Shown piece after piece: positions 8,486 to 17,728 of a DNA stretch of 32,000 nucleotides. The notes under the pieces were generated by a model, which saw nothing but the letters and a program-made list of their open reading frames with translations, ran no database searches and was not told the origin of the DNA. Positions within the stretch are counted from its first letter, which is position 1, and every line of letters begins with the position of its first letter. The translations under genes were made by a program, and so were the position numbers. Origin of the DNA: Synechocystis sp. PCC 6803 substr. PCC-P (GTDB lineage: Bacteria > Cyanobacteriota > Cyanobacteriia > Cyanobacteriales > Microcystaceae); the NCBI RefSeq assembly GCF_000284455.1, contig NC_017039.1:3538115-3570114 (forward strand), read 5' to 3'.

Positions 8486-9550
8486 CTAAAAATCCCCATC
8501 TTCCCCCTGCTCTTCCGCTCCATCCTCTGTTTCCACCGGGAAAACCGCATTAACTAAAGATAATTTTTCCCGCACCTGTTGGTCGATGGTAGCGGCGATT
8601 TCAGGATTTTCCTCTAAATATTTCATGGCATTATCCCGACCCTGGGCAATGTTTTCGCCGTTATAGCTATACCAAGCCCCTTTGCGGGTGATGACTTCGC
8701 ATTTTTCCGCCAGGTCGATGGTGCAACCCATGCGGGAAATGCCCTGGCCAAAAATAATGTCAAATTCAGCGATGCGGAAGGGGGGAGCCACTTTGTTTTT
8801 AGCCACTTTCACTTTGGCTCGGATACCGTATTCCCCTTCGGTGCCTTTTTTCAGGGTTTGAATGCGGCGAATATCTAAACGTACGGAGGCGTAGAATTTC
8901 AGGGCATTACCTCCGGTGGTCACTTCGGGACTGCCGTAGGTCACACCAATTTTTTGCCGTAACTGGTTGAGGAAAATTACCAAACAACCCGATCGCCCGA
9001 TATTACCAGCAATTTTCCGCATGGCTTTACTCATCAAGCGAGCTTGGGAACCCACCGAAGTATCCCCCATTTCCCCTTCAATTTCCGCCCGGGGCACTAG
9101 GGCCGCCACGGAATCCACCACAATGATATCCACCGCAGTGGAACGCACCAACTGGTCAACAATTTCCAAGGCTGATTCGCCGTTATCTGGTTGGGCCACC
9201 AATAAATTATCAATGTCCACCCCCAGGGCTTTGGAATAAACGGGGTCAAGGGCGTGTTCTGCATCGACAAAGGCCGCGACTCCCCCCGCCTGTTGGGTGG
9301 CCGCCACCGCATGGAGGGCCAAGGTGGTCTTCCCGGAACTTTCCGGGCCGTAAATTTCCACAATCCGACCCTTGGGCAAACCGCCCCCCAGGGCCAAATC
9401 CAAAGTTAGAGCCCCAGTGGAAATGGTTTCAACTCGCATTTGGGTGGCATCTCCCAAGCGCATAATCGCTCCCTTCCCGAAGCTCCGCTCAATCTGGGCT
9501 AGGGCGGCGTTGAGGGCTTTTTCACGGTCGGAAATGTTGGTGCTGGCCAT
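8486..9550 (-). CDS. recA: Recombinase A
   Basis: 354-aa ORF. It has Walker [10 protein letters not shown] and canonical RecA sequence throughout ([27 protein letters not shown]). Confidence 0.97.
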   Translation of the reverse strand: MASTNISDREKALNAALAQIERSFGKGAIMRLGDATQMRVETISTGALTLDLALGGGLPKGRIVEIYGPESSGKTTLALHAVAATQQAGGVAAFVDAEHALDPVYSKALGVDIDNLLVAQPDNGESALEIVDQLVRSTAVDIIVVDSVAALVPRAEIEGEMGDTSVGSQARLMSKAMRKIAGNIGRSGCLVIFLNQLRQKIGVTYGSPEVTTGGNALKFYASVRLDIRRIQTLKKGTEGEYGIRAKVKVAKNKVAPPFRIAEFDIIFGQGISRMGCTIDLAEKCEVITRKGAWYSYNGENIAQGRDNAMKYLEENPEIAATIDQQVREKLSLVNAVFPVETEDGAEEQGEDGDF

Positions 9551-9688
9551 GGATGTATGGGGATTGCAGAAGGAGATTCTATCTTAGATGCTCGGGAGAA
9601 AATTTTAACTTAATCCTAGGGCCAGGGGCGGTCAAATTGAGCGAATGGATAAAATAGACTAGCTAAAGATCCTAGAACCGAGGTAACG

Positions 9689-10912
9689 GTGATTGAATTT
9701 CGGGAAAGTCTCAAAATGGCCACTAGCATGTTGCTGGCTAATAAGCTTCGTAGCAGTTTGACTATGTTGGGCATTGTCATTGGCAATGCGTCCGTGGTGG
9801 CCATGTTGGGCATTGGCCAGGGAGCCCAGGAGTTGGCCACTTCCCAATTGGAAGATTTAGGCCCCAATGTGTTGTTTGTGTTGCCCGGTTCCCAACGCAA
9901 CCGTCGGGCTAGTTTCAATTTACCGAAAACTTTGGTTTTGAGTGACGCCGAGGCGATCGCCGGTCAAGTGCCTAGTGTGGCCGGGGTAGCCCCCGAAATT
10001 AACCGGAGGTTACTGGTGTCCCATCGGAACCTCAACACCAATGCCACCATTGTGGGCACTACCCCCGAATATCCCGCCATCCGTAATTTTTCCGTGGCCC
10101 AGGGACGCTTTCTCAACATTTTGGACCTGGAGCGCCATCGCCGGGTGGCCGTGCTGGGCAGTGAAATTGCCGATCGCCTTTATCAAACCCAAACTCCCCT
10201 TGGTCAGAATATCCGCATCAACAATATTACGTTTGAAGTCATCGGTGTGATGGAAACTAAGGGGTCTTCCCTGGGCAGTAATCAAGATGAATTTATTTTC
10301 ATTCCCCTAGACACCATGGTGGCCCAACTGGTGGGGCGGACTTCCCCCTACGGCATTGAATTGAGCTGGATCAATGTGAAGGCTAAGGATGGTGACTCAG
10401 TGGGGGCGGCCACTTTCCAAATGGAAAACCTCCTGCGCCTACGGCACAATATCAAAAACGGGGAGGATGATTTTGGCGTTAGTTCTGCCAAACAAATGCT
10501 AGATATTGTCAACACTATCACCGGGGGGCTCACCATCCTCCTGGCGGCGATCGCCGGTATTTCCCTGATTGTGGGAGGTATTGGCGTAATGAACATTATG
10601 TTGGTGTCCGTAACGGAGCGCACCCAGGAAATTGGCCTGCGTAAAGCCCTCGGAGCCGGGGAACAGGACATTCTCAGTCAGTTTCTTATTGAAGCAGTAA
10701 TCGTTTCCGCCAGTGGTGGAGTAATTGGCGTCGTCTTGGGCATGGCCATCGTGGCAATCGTGGGTAGTCTTTCCCCCCTGATTACAGTGATTTCCCCTGC
10801 CGCCGTGGTGGTTTCCCTCACCATTTCTGGCAGTATTGGTCTATTCTTTGGTGTTGTTCCCGCCCGTCAAGCGGCTAAATTAGACCCCATTGTCGCCCTG
10901 CGTAATGCTTAG
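9689..10912 (+). CDS. MacB/DevC-like ABC transporter permease (MacB periplasmic domain plus FtsX domain)
   Basis: 407-aa ORF with a GTG start. N-terminal LLANKLRSSLTMLGIVIG, C-terminal FtsX-type 3-TM bundle and the loop ERTQEIGLRKALGA. No ATPase or membrane-fusion partner is adjacent. Confidence 0.85.
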   Translation: MIEFRESLKMATSMLLANKLRSSLTMLGIVIGNASVVAMLGIGQGAQELATSQLEDLGPNVLFVLPGSQRNRRASFNLPKTLVLSDAEAIAGQVPSVAGVAPEINRRLLVSHRNLNTNATIVGTTPEYPAIRNFSVAQGRFLNILDLERHRRVAVLGSEIADRLYQTQTPLGQNIRINNITFEVIGVMETKGSSLGSNQDEFIFIPLDTMVAQLVGRTSPYGIELSWINVKAKDGDSVGAATFQMENLLRLRHNIKNGEDDFGVSSAKQMLDIVNTITGGLTILLAAIAGISLIVGGIGVMNIMLVSVTERTQEIGLRKALGAGEQDILSQFLIEAVIVSASGGVIGVVLGMAIVAIVGSLSPLITVISPAAVVVSLTISGSIGLFFGVVPARQAAKLDPIVALRNA

Positions 10913-10986
10913 GAGAACCGATTAGTCGTCTCTGGCTATTGAACTGGTGGGAAAATAATGCTTTGTATTCCTGCGAAAATCCTATC

Positions 10987-11484
10987 CTAGGCCAAGGAAA
11001 TACTGCGGGTGCAAGCCCAATTACTAGGCAGAGTGGAGGGCCAACCCATGCGGATTGCTTCAGGACAAATGGTGGTGACGGTTAGCTGACAATCGATCAA
11101 CTGAAAACCCTCTTTTTCACACTGCTTCAAGCTCTGCTTGAGAATGGAATCATTCTTAAATTCGATGGTGCGATTACATTGCACACAGACTACATGGTGA
11201 TGGTGATGGGGGGAAGCCTGTTGCAATTCATAGTGCTTGTGCCCCTCCGCCAATTCCAACTCCCGCAGAATGCCCATGCGGGACATCAACTTAACACTGC
11301 GATAAACTGTGGAGAGGCTAATCTTTTCCCTTTCTTCTTCCAGACGATGGTGTAACTCCTCGGCACTGAGATGTTCCCCCTCCGGCAAATTTTGAAAAAT
11401 GGTGAGGATTTTTTCCCGCTGGGGAGTCAGTCGCCAACCACGGGCATTAAGTTCGGCTTTGAGGGAATCGGCGGTGTAGGACAT
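10987..11484 (-). CDS. fur: Ferric uptake regulator family transcription factor
   Basis: 165-aa ORF with a winged-helix N-terminus (LTPQREKILTIF, LSTVYRSVKLM) and the metal site HHHHHVVCVQC. Confidence 0.9.
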   Translation of the reverse strand: MSYTADSLKAELNARGWRLTPQREKILTIFQNLPEGEHLSAEELHHRLEEEREKISLSTVYRSVKLMSRMGILRELELAEGHKHYELQQASPHHHHHVVCVQCNRTIEFKNDSILKQSLKQCEKEGFQLIDCQLTVTTICPEAIRMGWPSTLPSNWACTRSISLA

Positions 11485-11626
11485 GTTCTATGGGGGCGCT
11501 TAGAAGCAGTCTGGGCGATGGGATCCATCATAGTCCCTTGGCTCAGCAGTTGCAATAGTGGAGTCTTATTGAGAATAGATCCTAGAAAAAGTTTTATTTA
11601 TCTTCCCCCGTCTGAAAATCTGAACC

Positions 11627-12448
11627 ATGCGACCTTCCGCCCTTATTCCCCCCCAGCGTTATTTTGCCTACCTAACGTGGACCGATATTGAAGCTCTGCC
11701 GGATAAGGACAAAACCATTATTATTCAGCCCCTGGGTTCCATTGAACAGCATGGTCCCCATTTACCATTGGTGGTGGATGCAGCCATTTCTGAGGGGGTT
11801 TTGGGCAAGGCATTGCAAACTTTGGCACCGGAAATTCCGGCCTACGTGCTCCCAACTTTGTACTATGGCAAGTCCAATGAACATATGGGTTTCCCTGGGG
11901 TAATCACCCTCAGCGCAGAAACTTTGTTGGTTATTCTCAAGGAAGTGGCGGCGAGCTTGTATCAATCGGGCTTCCGTAAATGGATTTTGCTCAACTCCCA
12001 CGGTGGCCAGATTCAGGTGTTGGAAATTGCGGCCAGGGATCTGCACCAGATTTATCCAGATTTACAAATTTTCCCCTTTTTTACTTGGCGGATGCCCCAT
12101 TGTGCGGCGGATTTACTCACTCCCAAAGAGATGACCCACGGTATCCATGCGGGGGATGGGGAAACCAGCTTAATGATGGCCCTCTGGCCTGAACTGGTGC
12201 GGGAAGATCGTTTAGTAAAGGAATTTCCCCAGGGCATTCCCGCCGATGATGAACTTTTGAGTATGGAAGGAAGTTTGCCCTTTGCTTGGTTAACCAAAGA
12301 AGTGAGTCGCAGTGGGGTGATGGGGGATGCCACCGTAGCCACCAAAGAGAAGGGAGAAGTTTTACTAGATTGTTTGGCAGATGGTTGTCGTCAGGCGATC
12401 GAGGCAGTGTACCATTTCCAACCGCCTAGTCTGGACAGGAAAGGGTAA
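11627..12448 (+). CDS. Creatininase-family amidohydrolase
   Basis: 273-aa ORF with family motifs EQHGPHLPL, NSHGGQ and HAGDGETS. Confidence 0.85.
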   Translation: MRPSALIPPQRYFAYLTWTDIEALPDKDKTIIIQPLGSIEQHGPHLPLVVDAAISEGVLGKALQTLAPEIPAYVLPTLYYGKSNEHMGFPGVITLSAETLLVILKEVAASLYQSGFRKWILLNSHGGQIQVLEIAARDLHQIYPDLQIFPFFTWRMPHCAADLLTPKEMTHGIHAGDGETSLMMALWPELVREDRLVKEFPQGIPADDELLSMEGSLPFAWLTKEVSRSGVMGDATVATKEKGEVLLDCLADGCRQAIEAVYHFQPPSLDRKG

Positions 12449-12506
12449 GGGAGACCAACTCCTGGGGGATAATGGGGGATGGAAAAATTACCAAGAGGAG
12501 AAGGCA

Positions 12507-14042
12507 ATGGCCCGTTTAGCCCTGCTGAGTGTGTCCGACAAAAGTGGCATTGTGGAACTGGCCCAACGGCTAGTGAATGAATTTCAGTTTGACCTGATCA
12601 GTAGTGGTGGTACTGCCAAAACCCTCAAAGAAGCTGGGGTTCCTGTCACCAAGGTGAGTGATTACACCGGGGCACCAGAAATTTTGGGTGGACGGGTCAA
12701 AACGTTGCATCCCCGCATCCATGGGGGTATTTTAGCCCGGCGGGATTTGCCCAGTGACCAGGCGGATTTAGAAGCTAACGATATTCGTCCGTTAGATCTG
12801 GTCGTGGTTAACCTTTATCCCTTTGAGCAAACCATTGCTAAACCGGGGGTCACCGTTGCTGAAGCAGTGGAACAGATTGATATTGGTGGCCCGGCCATGA
12901 TTCGAGCCACCGCCAAAAACTTTGCCCATACCACTGTCCTCACCAATCCCAACCAGTACGAAGCCTATCTCCAAGCTCTGCAGGAACAGGGGGAAATACC
13001 CTTGGCTTTGCGCCAACAATTCGCTGGGGAAGCCTTTGCCCTCACCAATGCCTATGACCAGGCGATCGCCAATTATTTCAGTGGTTTAAGTGGGGACAGT
13101 GCAAACCAATTTGGCCTTAGCGGTACATTGCGGCAACCGTTGCGGTATGGGGAAAATCCCCACCAAAGTGCAGGTTGGTATCAAACTGGGCGGGAAGCCA
13201 CCGGCTGGGCCAAGGCCGAGAAACTCCAGGGCAAGGAACTGAGCTATAACAATTTGGTGGATTTGGAAGCAGCCCGGCGCATTATCAACGAATTCGATGT
13301 CAGGGAACCGGCGGCGGTGATTTTAAAGCACACTAATCCCTGCGGTGTCGCCCTGGCCCCCACATTGGTAGAAGCCTATCAAAAAGCCTTTAATGCTGAT
13401 GCCACTTCCGCTTTTGGGGGCATTGTCGCCTTGAATCAACCCCTGGATGGACCCACGGCGGCGGCCATGGTCAAAACTTTTTTGGAATGTATTGTGGCCC
13501 CGGGCTGTGATGCTGAAGCCCAGGAAATTCTAGCTAAGAAAAACAATTTGCGGGTATTGATTCTCCCCGATCTGGCCACCGGCCCCAGCCAAACCATTAA
13601 GGCGATCGCCGGAGGATTTTTAGTACAGTCAGCGGATGATGAACGGGAAGACCCCAGCACTTGGCAGGTGGTGACGGAAAAACAACCCAGTGGGGAGGAG
13701 TTGGCGGAACTAGCTTTTGCCTGGAAAGTGTGCAAACACGTTAAATCCAACGCCATCACCATCACCAAAAATAAAACCACCTTGGGGGTGGGAGCAGGAC
13801 AAATGAATCGAGTCGGCTCGGTGGAAATTGCCCTTAAACAAGCGGGCACAGAAGCCCAGGGAGCTTGCTTGGCCAGTGATGCGTTCTTTCCCTTTGACGA
13901 TTCTGTCCGCACCGCCGCCGCCGCCGGCATTACCACCATCATCCAACCGGGGGGGTCCATGCGGGACCAGGATTCCATCCAAGCGGCCAACGAATTGGGC
14001 TTAGTGATGATTTTCACTGGGGTGCGCCATTTCCTCCACTAG
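12507..14042 (+). CDS. purH: Bifunctional AICAR formyltransferase / IMP cyclohydrolase
   Basis: ORF 12381..14042. The likely start is the ATG at 12507 (MARLALLSVSDKSG), preceded by GAGGAGAAGG. MGS-like N-domain (GGTAKTL, RVKTLHPRIHGGIL) and an AICARFT C-domain are present. Confidence 0.95.
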   Translation: MARLALLSVSDKSGIVELAQRLVNEFQFDLISSGGTAKTLKEAGVPVTKVSDYTGAPEILGGRVKTLHPRIHGGILARRDLPSDQADLEANDIRPLDLVVVNLYPFEQTIAKPGVTVAEAVEQIDIGGPAMIRATAKNFAHTTVLTNPNQYEAYLQALQEQGEIPLALRQQFAGEAFALTNAYDQAIANYFSGLSGDSANQFGLSGTLRQPLRYGENPHQSAGWYQTGREATGWAKAEKLQGKELSYNNLVDLEAARRIINEFDVREPAAVILKHTNPCGVALAPTLVEAYQKAFNADATSAFGGIVALNQPLDGPTAAAMVKTFLECIVAPGCDAEAQEILAKKNNLRVLILPDLATGPSQTIKAIAGGFLVQSADDEREDPSTWQVVTEKQPSGEELAELAFAWKVCKHVKSNAITITKNKTTLGVGAGQMNRVGSVEIALKQAGTEAQGACLASDAFFPFDDSVRTAAAAGITTIIQPGGSMRDQDSIQAANELGLVMIFTGVRHFLH

Positions 14043-14203
14043 AGGGCAGGGGAAAAGTCCCCTAGCTTCTCAACTTTGAAGTTGGGGGAAACTGACAAAC
14101 TTTAAAATTCCCTAGTTTTAGCCGCTCGCTGGAGACCCGAATTAATTTTTAGCAAAACTTTTCCAGGGTTGGCCAATGCTAACCTCAATTGTTGGCAGAC
14201 TGT

Positions 14204-14605
14204 TTACCCAACCCAGCTTTTTAGGGCCCAACCCAGCACCAAACCCAGACCGCCAAAGCGGATAATTTGCCAAAACACGTCCCCCATTAACCCCCGCCGT
14301 AGGCCATCCCAAAACATTTTTTGCAACTGGCGATCGGTCAATAGTTCACTTTCTAGTTCAAGGGACAACGCTTCCAATTCCGAGCGGATGCGGGCCAGTT
14401 CCTGCTCCAATTCGGTCTGGGCTTCTCCCTGGAGCCTGGCTTCCACATCAGTACGATATTCTTGGATTTGTTGTTGCTTAGCCCTTTGGGACTGAACTTC
14501 GTCGTAACGAGTCTGCAATTTTTGCAAAGACTGGGTCAGGGCAGCCAGAGCCAAGCCGAAATTGCTATCACTATCTCCGTTCGGTGCGACAAAAGTTTCT
14601 TCCAT
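14204..14605 (-). CDS. Hypothetical coiled-coil protein with a C-terminal hydrophobic anchor
   Basis: 133-aa ORF, 35 nt downstream of the methyltransferase gene on the same strand. A Gln/Glu-rich heptad-like segment is followed by FWQIIRFGGLGLVLGWAL. Confidence 0.6.
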   Translation of the reverse strand: MEETFVAPNGDSDSNFGLALAALTQSLQKLQTRYDEVQSQRAKQQQIQEYRTDVEARLQGEAQTELEQELARIRSELEALSLELESELLTDRQLQKMFWDGLRRGLMGDVFWQIIRFGGLGLVLGWALKSWVG

Positions 14606-14640
14606 AGCAAATTAGGACGGGTCAGAGTTGGGAATAGTCC

Positions 14641-15564
14641 CTAGGGTTGTACGGAAGCGATGACAGTGCGGTGTCGAGGGCTATTAGGTTGGATGGTCAC
14701 CCGATCAAAACCAGCGGATAGTAATTCCTGCTCCACATCCAAAGCAAAATATTGGTCCATGAACGGTTCCGTACTTTTGAGCAGGGTCATAATATGGGGT
14801 GGCATAGTCAGATAAGCCTGGGAACGGGGATTCATATCCATAAAAGTGAAATGACCGCCCGTTTTCACTAAACGCCGAGCCTCCCGGAAAATTCGCCTGG
14901 TGGGTTCCTGGGGCATTTCGTGGAACAGCAAAAAAGCGGAAACTAGGTCAAAAGTCTGGGCTTTTAATCCAGTGGCCTCTGGTAGGGCATGAACCCAATT
15001 GATATCGGTTTCCCTTTCTCTGCCATGGTGATGGGCAAGGGCGACGTAATAGGGGGAGAAATCTAGCCCAGTTAATTTTGCTTCTGGGTAGCAGGCTTGC
15101 AAGGTAAAGCTACTCAAGCCCACGGTGCAATGTAAGTCCAGGATGGTTTGGGGCGCTTGGGGCAATTGAGCTAACAAAACATCGTGGTAACTACGTCGTA
15201 ACTCGGCATCCCCTTGGGCCCCTGCTTCTGGGTAAAGGCTCGAATGGACAGCGTTGGCCGCCACTTCAAATTCAAAGGCTGCGTCCCAACACATGTGCCC
15301 CTGGTCATAGCCGTGGAAGGAGGCGTTGTAATAATCGGGATAGGTTAACTCTTCATCCACCACCGATCGCCAATGGCTTTGCCAGTCCTGCTGTTGATAA
15401 TTTTTTACTGTTTCCCGCCAGGGGATCCCCAATCTTTCTGCCCGTTTGATCATCATGGAGCGGGCTTGCCATTTGGCCACGTTCCACAGGGGCTTGACGG
15501 CCAATAAACCATTGACGACCTGGCTCATGGCGGTGGGGGCAGGGGTGGCGGTGCTGACAGTCAT
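14641..15564 (-). CDS. Class I SAM-dependent methyltransferase
   Basis: ORF 14641..15633, with likely start MTVSTATPAP at 15564. Motif I variant ILDLHCTVGLSS, followed by a FDLVSAFLLFHEMP acidic-loop region. Confidence 0.8.
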   Translation of the reverse strand: MTVSTATPAPTAMSQVVNGLLAVKPLWNVAKWQARSMMIKRAERLGIPWRETVKNYQQQDWQSHWRSVVDEELTYPDYYNASFHGYDQGHMCWDAAFEFEVAANAVHSSLYPEAGAQGDAELRRSYHDVLLAQLPQAPQTILDLHCTVGLSSFTLQACYPEAKLTGLDFSPYYVALAHHHGRERETDINWVHALPEATGLKAQTFDLVSAFLLFHEMPQEPTRRIFREARRLVKTGGHFTFMDMNPRSQAYLTMPPHIMTLLKSTEPFMDQYFALDVEQELLSAGFDRVTIQPNSPRHRTVIASVQP

Positions 15565-15668
15565 GGAATGCTTTAATGGGACTAGGGAAAATTGTCGCTG
15601 AAAAATCCAAACCTGTCTAGGCATGGGTATCAAGCGGCGATCGCCTGGGGCAATTTCGGTGTTGAACC

Positions 15669-15977
15669 ATGACCGGTAAACAGTTACACCAGTTGATTGT
15701 GGATAAATGGGGTTATTCTTTCGATGTGCAATTGCGACGCATCAAAGACCGCATTTTTCTACAGATTATGTGGCGGTACCTAGAACAGGCTTCCTTTCCC
15801 CTCTCGGAAGAGGATTATTTCGCTAATCTAGAGGCGATCGCCCAGTATCTCCAGGCCTGGGGAGGGGGGGAGCAGGTGCAACAGTTCATTGCCCAAACCA
15901 AAGAAAAACCCCGCCTAGGCAAAGCAGTTAGTATTCCCCTGGAACTTGGGGCCAGGGCCGCAGAATGGTTTATTTGA
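15669..15977 (+). CDS. Small conserved cyanobacterial/plastid-lineage protein (DUF3067-like)
   Basis: 102-aa ORF; family recalled from memory of the sequence (KWGYSFDVQLRR...IMWRYLEQASFPL). It lies 33 nt upstream of the kinase gene. Confidence 0.65.
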   Translation: MTGKQLHQLIVDKWGYSFDVQLRRIKDRIFLQIMWRYLEQASFPLSEEDYFANLEAIAQYLQAWGGGEQVQQFIAQTKEKPRLGKAVSIPLELGARAAEWFI

Positions 15978-16010
15978 AAGCTGGACAAGCTAGGAGCATA
16001 GGGCATTGCT

Positions 16011-17618
16011 ATGGTTACCCCACTCAAACTACTCAACAATCGCTACAGAATTATTGAAACCCTGGGCAGGGGAGGATTTGGGGAAACTTTTTTGGCCCAG
16101 GACACCCACATGCCCTCCGCCCGGAAATGTGTGATCAAGCACCTCAAACCAGTGCTGGAAAATCCAGAAATTCCCTCATGGTTGCGGGAAAGATTCCATC
16201 GGGAGGCGGCCACCCTAGAGGAGTTGGGGGAGAACCATCCCCAGATTCCCCAACTGTATGCCTATTTCAGTGAAGGGGAAGATTTTTACCTGGTGCAGGA
16301 GTGGATTCCTGGGCTGACCCTCACCCAAGCCCACGCCCAAAAGGGTAATTTTTCCAGTACAGCGGTGGAGGAATTATTGCTGGGGATTTTGCCTGTGTTG
16401 GAGTTTATCCATCAACGGCGCATTATCCACCGGGACATTAAGCCCGACAATATTATCCTGCGGGAAGCTGATGGTAAGCCTATTCTGATTGATTTCGGCA
16501 TCATCAAAGAAACCATGGGCACGTTGGTTAATCCCGATGGCCGTAGTGCCTATTCTGTGGCGTTGGGTACCCCCGGTTACATGGCTTCGGAGCAAGCCGC
16601 TGGACGGCCAGTTTTTTCCAGCGATCTGTACAGTTTGGGACTAACGGCTATTTTTTTGCTCACCGGTAAAACCCCCCAATATCTAACCAGTGACAGCCGC
16701 ACCGGAGAAATCCTTTGGCGACAGGGGGCTCCCCAAGTCAGTCCTACCCTAGCTAAGGTCATAGACCAAGCAGTGCGCTACCATCCCCGGGAAAGATTTA
16801 ATTCCGCCACTGCCATGGCCCAGACCCTCCAGGGCAATTTCAGCAATGTGCCCATGACCAAAGGCGATCGCCCGGGAAACACCGTTGCTAATGGCAAGAC
16901 CAAATCTAATCACCAACCTACGGCCCCAACCCTAGTGGTGGGCACTCCCTACAACGCCAACGACACCCAAGCCACCAAGGTTTACACTCAAGAGTTTACC
17001 GGATACACCGAAACCCAGGAGGGTTCACCATTGATGAAATGGGTTGTTATGCCCCTTGTCGTACTGCTAGTGATTGGCGGCGGCATGGCGGCGGGATTTT
17101 GGGTTACCAGTCAACGGCGCAATAATCCTCCCCCAGCGGTGGAAGAACCCACAGAGGAAACGCCCATTCCCCTGCCCTCCCTGGAGCCTAGACCCAATTT
17201 ATTTGAAACTCCTAGCCCTATTCCCACTCCAGCAACCCCTAGCCCGGAACCCACCCCCAGCCCCAGTCCCAGCCCGGAAACCACCTCTAGTCCAACAGAG
17301 GATACGATCACTCCCATGGAGCCGGAACCCAGTTTGGACGAACCTGCCCCTATTCCTGAACCTAAACCCAGTCCATCCCCCACCATCAGTCCTCAACCAT
17401 CACCCACTATTTCCATTCCTGTTACCCCAGCCCCTGTACCAAAACCTAGTCCTTCTCCCACCCCCAAGCCCACTGTTCCTCCCCAGATTTCCCCTACTCC
17501 CCAGCCCAGCAATACGGTGCCTGTGATCCCACCACCGGAAAATCCCAGTGCCGAGACTGAGCCCAATCTGCCGGCTCCCCCAGTAGGGGAAAAGCCCATC
17601 GACCCCGAGCAAAATTAG
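16011..17618 (+). CDS. spkC: Eukaryotic-type Ser/Thr protein kinase with one TM helix and a Pro/Ser/Thr-rich C-terminal domain
   Basis: 535-aa ORF with GRGGFGETF, HRDIKPDNI, DFG and GTPGYMASE. TM helix VVMPLVVLLVIGGGMAAGFWV. About 170 aa of PSPTP-type low complexity follow (nt ~17100-17610). The symbol comes from my recollection of the Synechocystis slr0599 sequence. Confidence 0.88.
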   Translation: MVTPLKLLNNRYRIIETLGRGGFGETFLAQDTHMPSARKCVIKHLKPVLENPEIPSWLRERFHREAATLEELGENHPQIPQLYAYFSEGEDFYLVQEWIPGLTLTQAHAQKGNFSSTAVEELLLGILPVLEFIHQRRIIHRDIKPDNIILREADGKPILIDFGIIKETMGTLVNPDGRSAYSVALGTPGYMASEQAAGRPVFSSDLYSLGLTAIFLLTGKTPQYLTSDSRTGEILWRQGAPQVSPTLAKVIDQAVRYHPRERFNSATAMAQTLQGNFSNVPMTKGDRPGNTVANGKTKSNHQPTAPTLVVGTPYNANDTQATKVYTQEFTGYTETQEGSPLMKWVVMPLVVLLVIGGGMAAGFWVTSQRRNNPPPAVEEPTEETPIPLPSLEPRPNLFETPSPIPTPATPSPEPTPSPSPSPETTSSPTEDTITPMEPEPSLDEPAPIPEPKPSPSPTISPQPSPTISIPVTPAPVPKPSPSPTPKPTVPPQISPTPQPSNTVPVIPPPENPSAETEPNLPAPPVGEKPIDPEQN

Positions 17619-17728
17619 GGATTTATACTAAGAATAGAAACTTTGGATGAGCTAAAACCTAGCTCCGTATTTATTTGTCCATTTAGTTCTGTCATTAGTT
17701 AACCAATATTAAGCCGAGGAGAGGCCCC

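Noticed and set aside
9551-9688. SOS/LexA operator upstream of recA
   Set aside because: No convincing palindrome is present. Only a TAGAAT -10-like hexamer is visible, and it lies close to the ATG.
11565-11583. AT-rich CTTATTGAGAATAGATCC in the fur / creatininase divergent spacer as a possible Fur box (autoregulation)
   Set aside because: It only partly resembles the GATAATGATAATCATTATC-type consensus and has no clear dyad symmetry. I cannot distinguish it from generic AT-rich promoter DNA without a position weight matrix scan.
12449-12506. ZTP (pfl) riboswitch upstream of purH
   Set aside because: The spacer is only ~58 nt and lacks the conserved pfl sub-domains (GGGUCGUGAC... / CCGCCUGGGCA).
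13436-14017. 193-aa minus-strand ORF (and the 90-aa ORF at 13710..13982) antisense to purH
   Set aside because: It lies entirely within a confidently identified, highly conserved purH frame. Its sequence is low-complexity and Ala/Pro/Trp-rich with no protein-like motifs. This is typical of antisense frames of GC-richer genes.
17074-17612. Several 65-150-aa ORFs on both strands inside the 3' part of the kinase gene
   Set aside because: They are alternative-frame or antisense readings of the Pro/Ser/Thr-rich repeat region (CCN/NGG-rich). Stop codons are rare in all frames there, so these are artefacts of low complexity.
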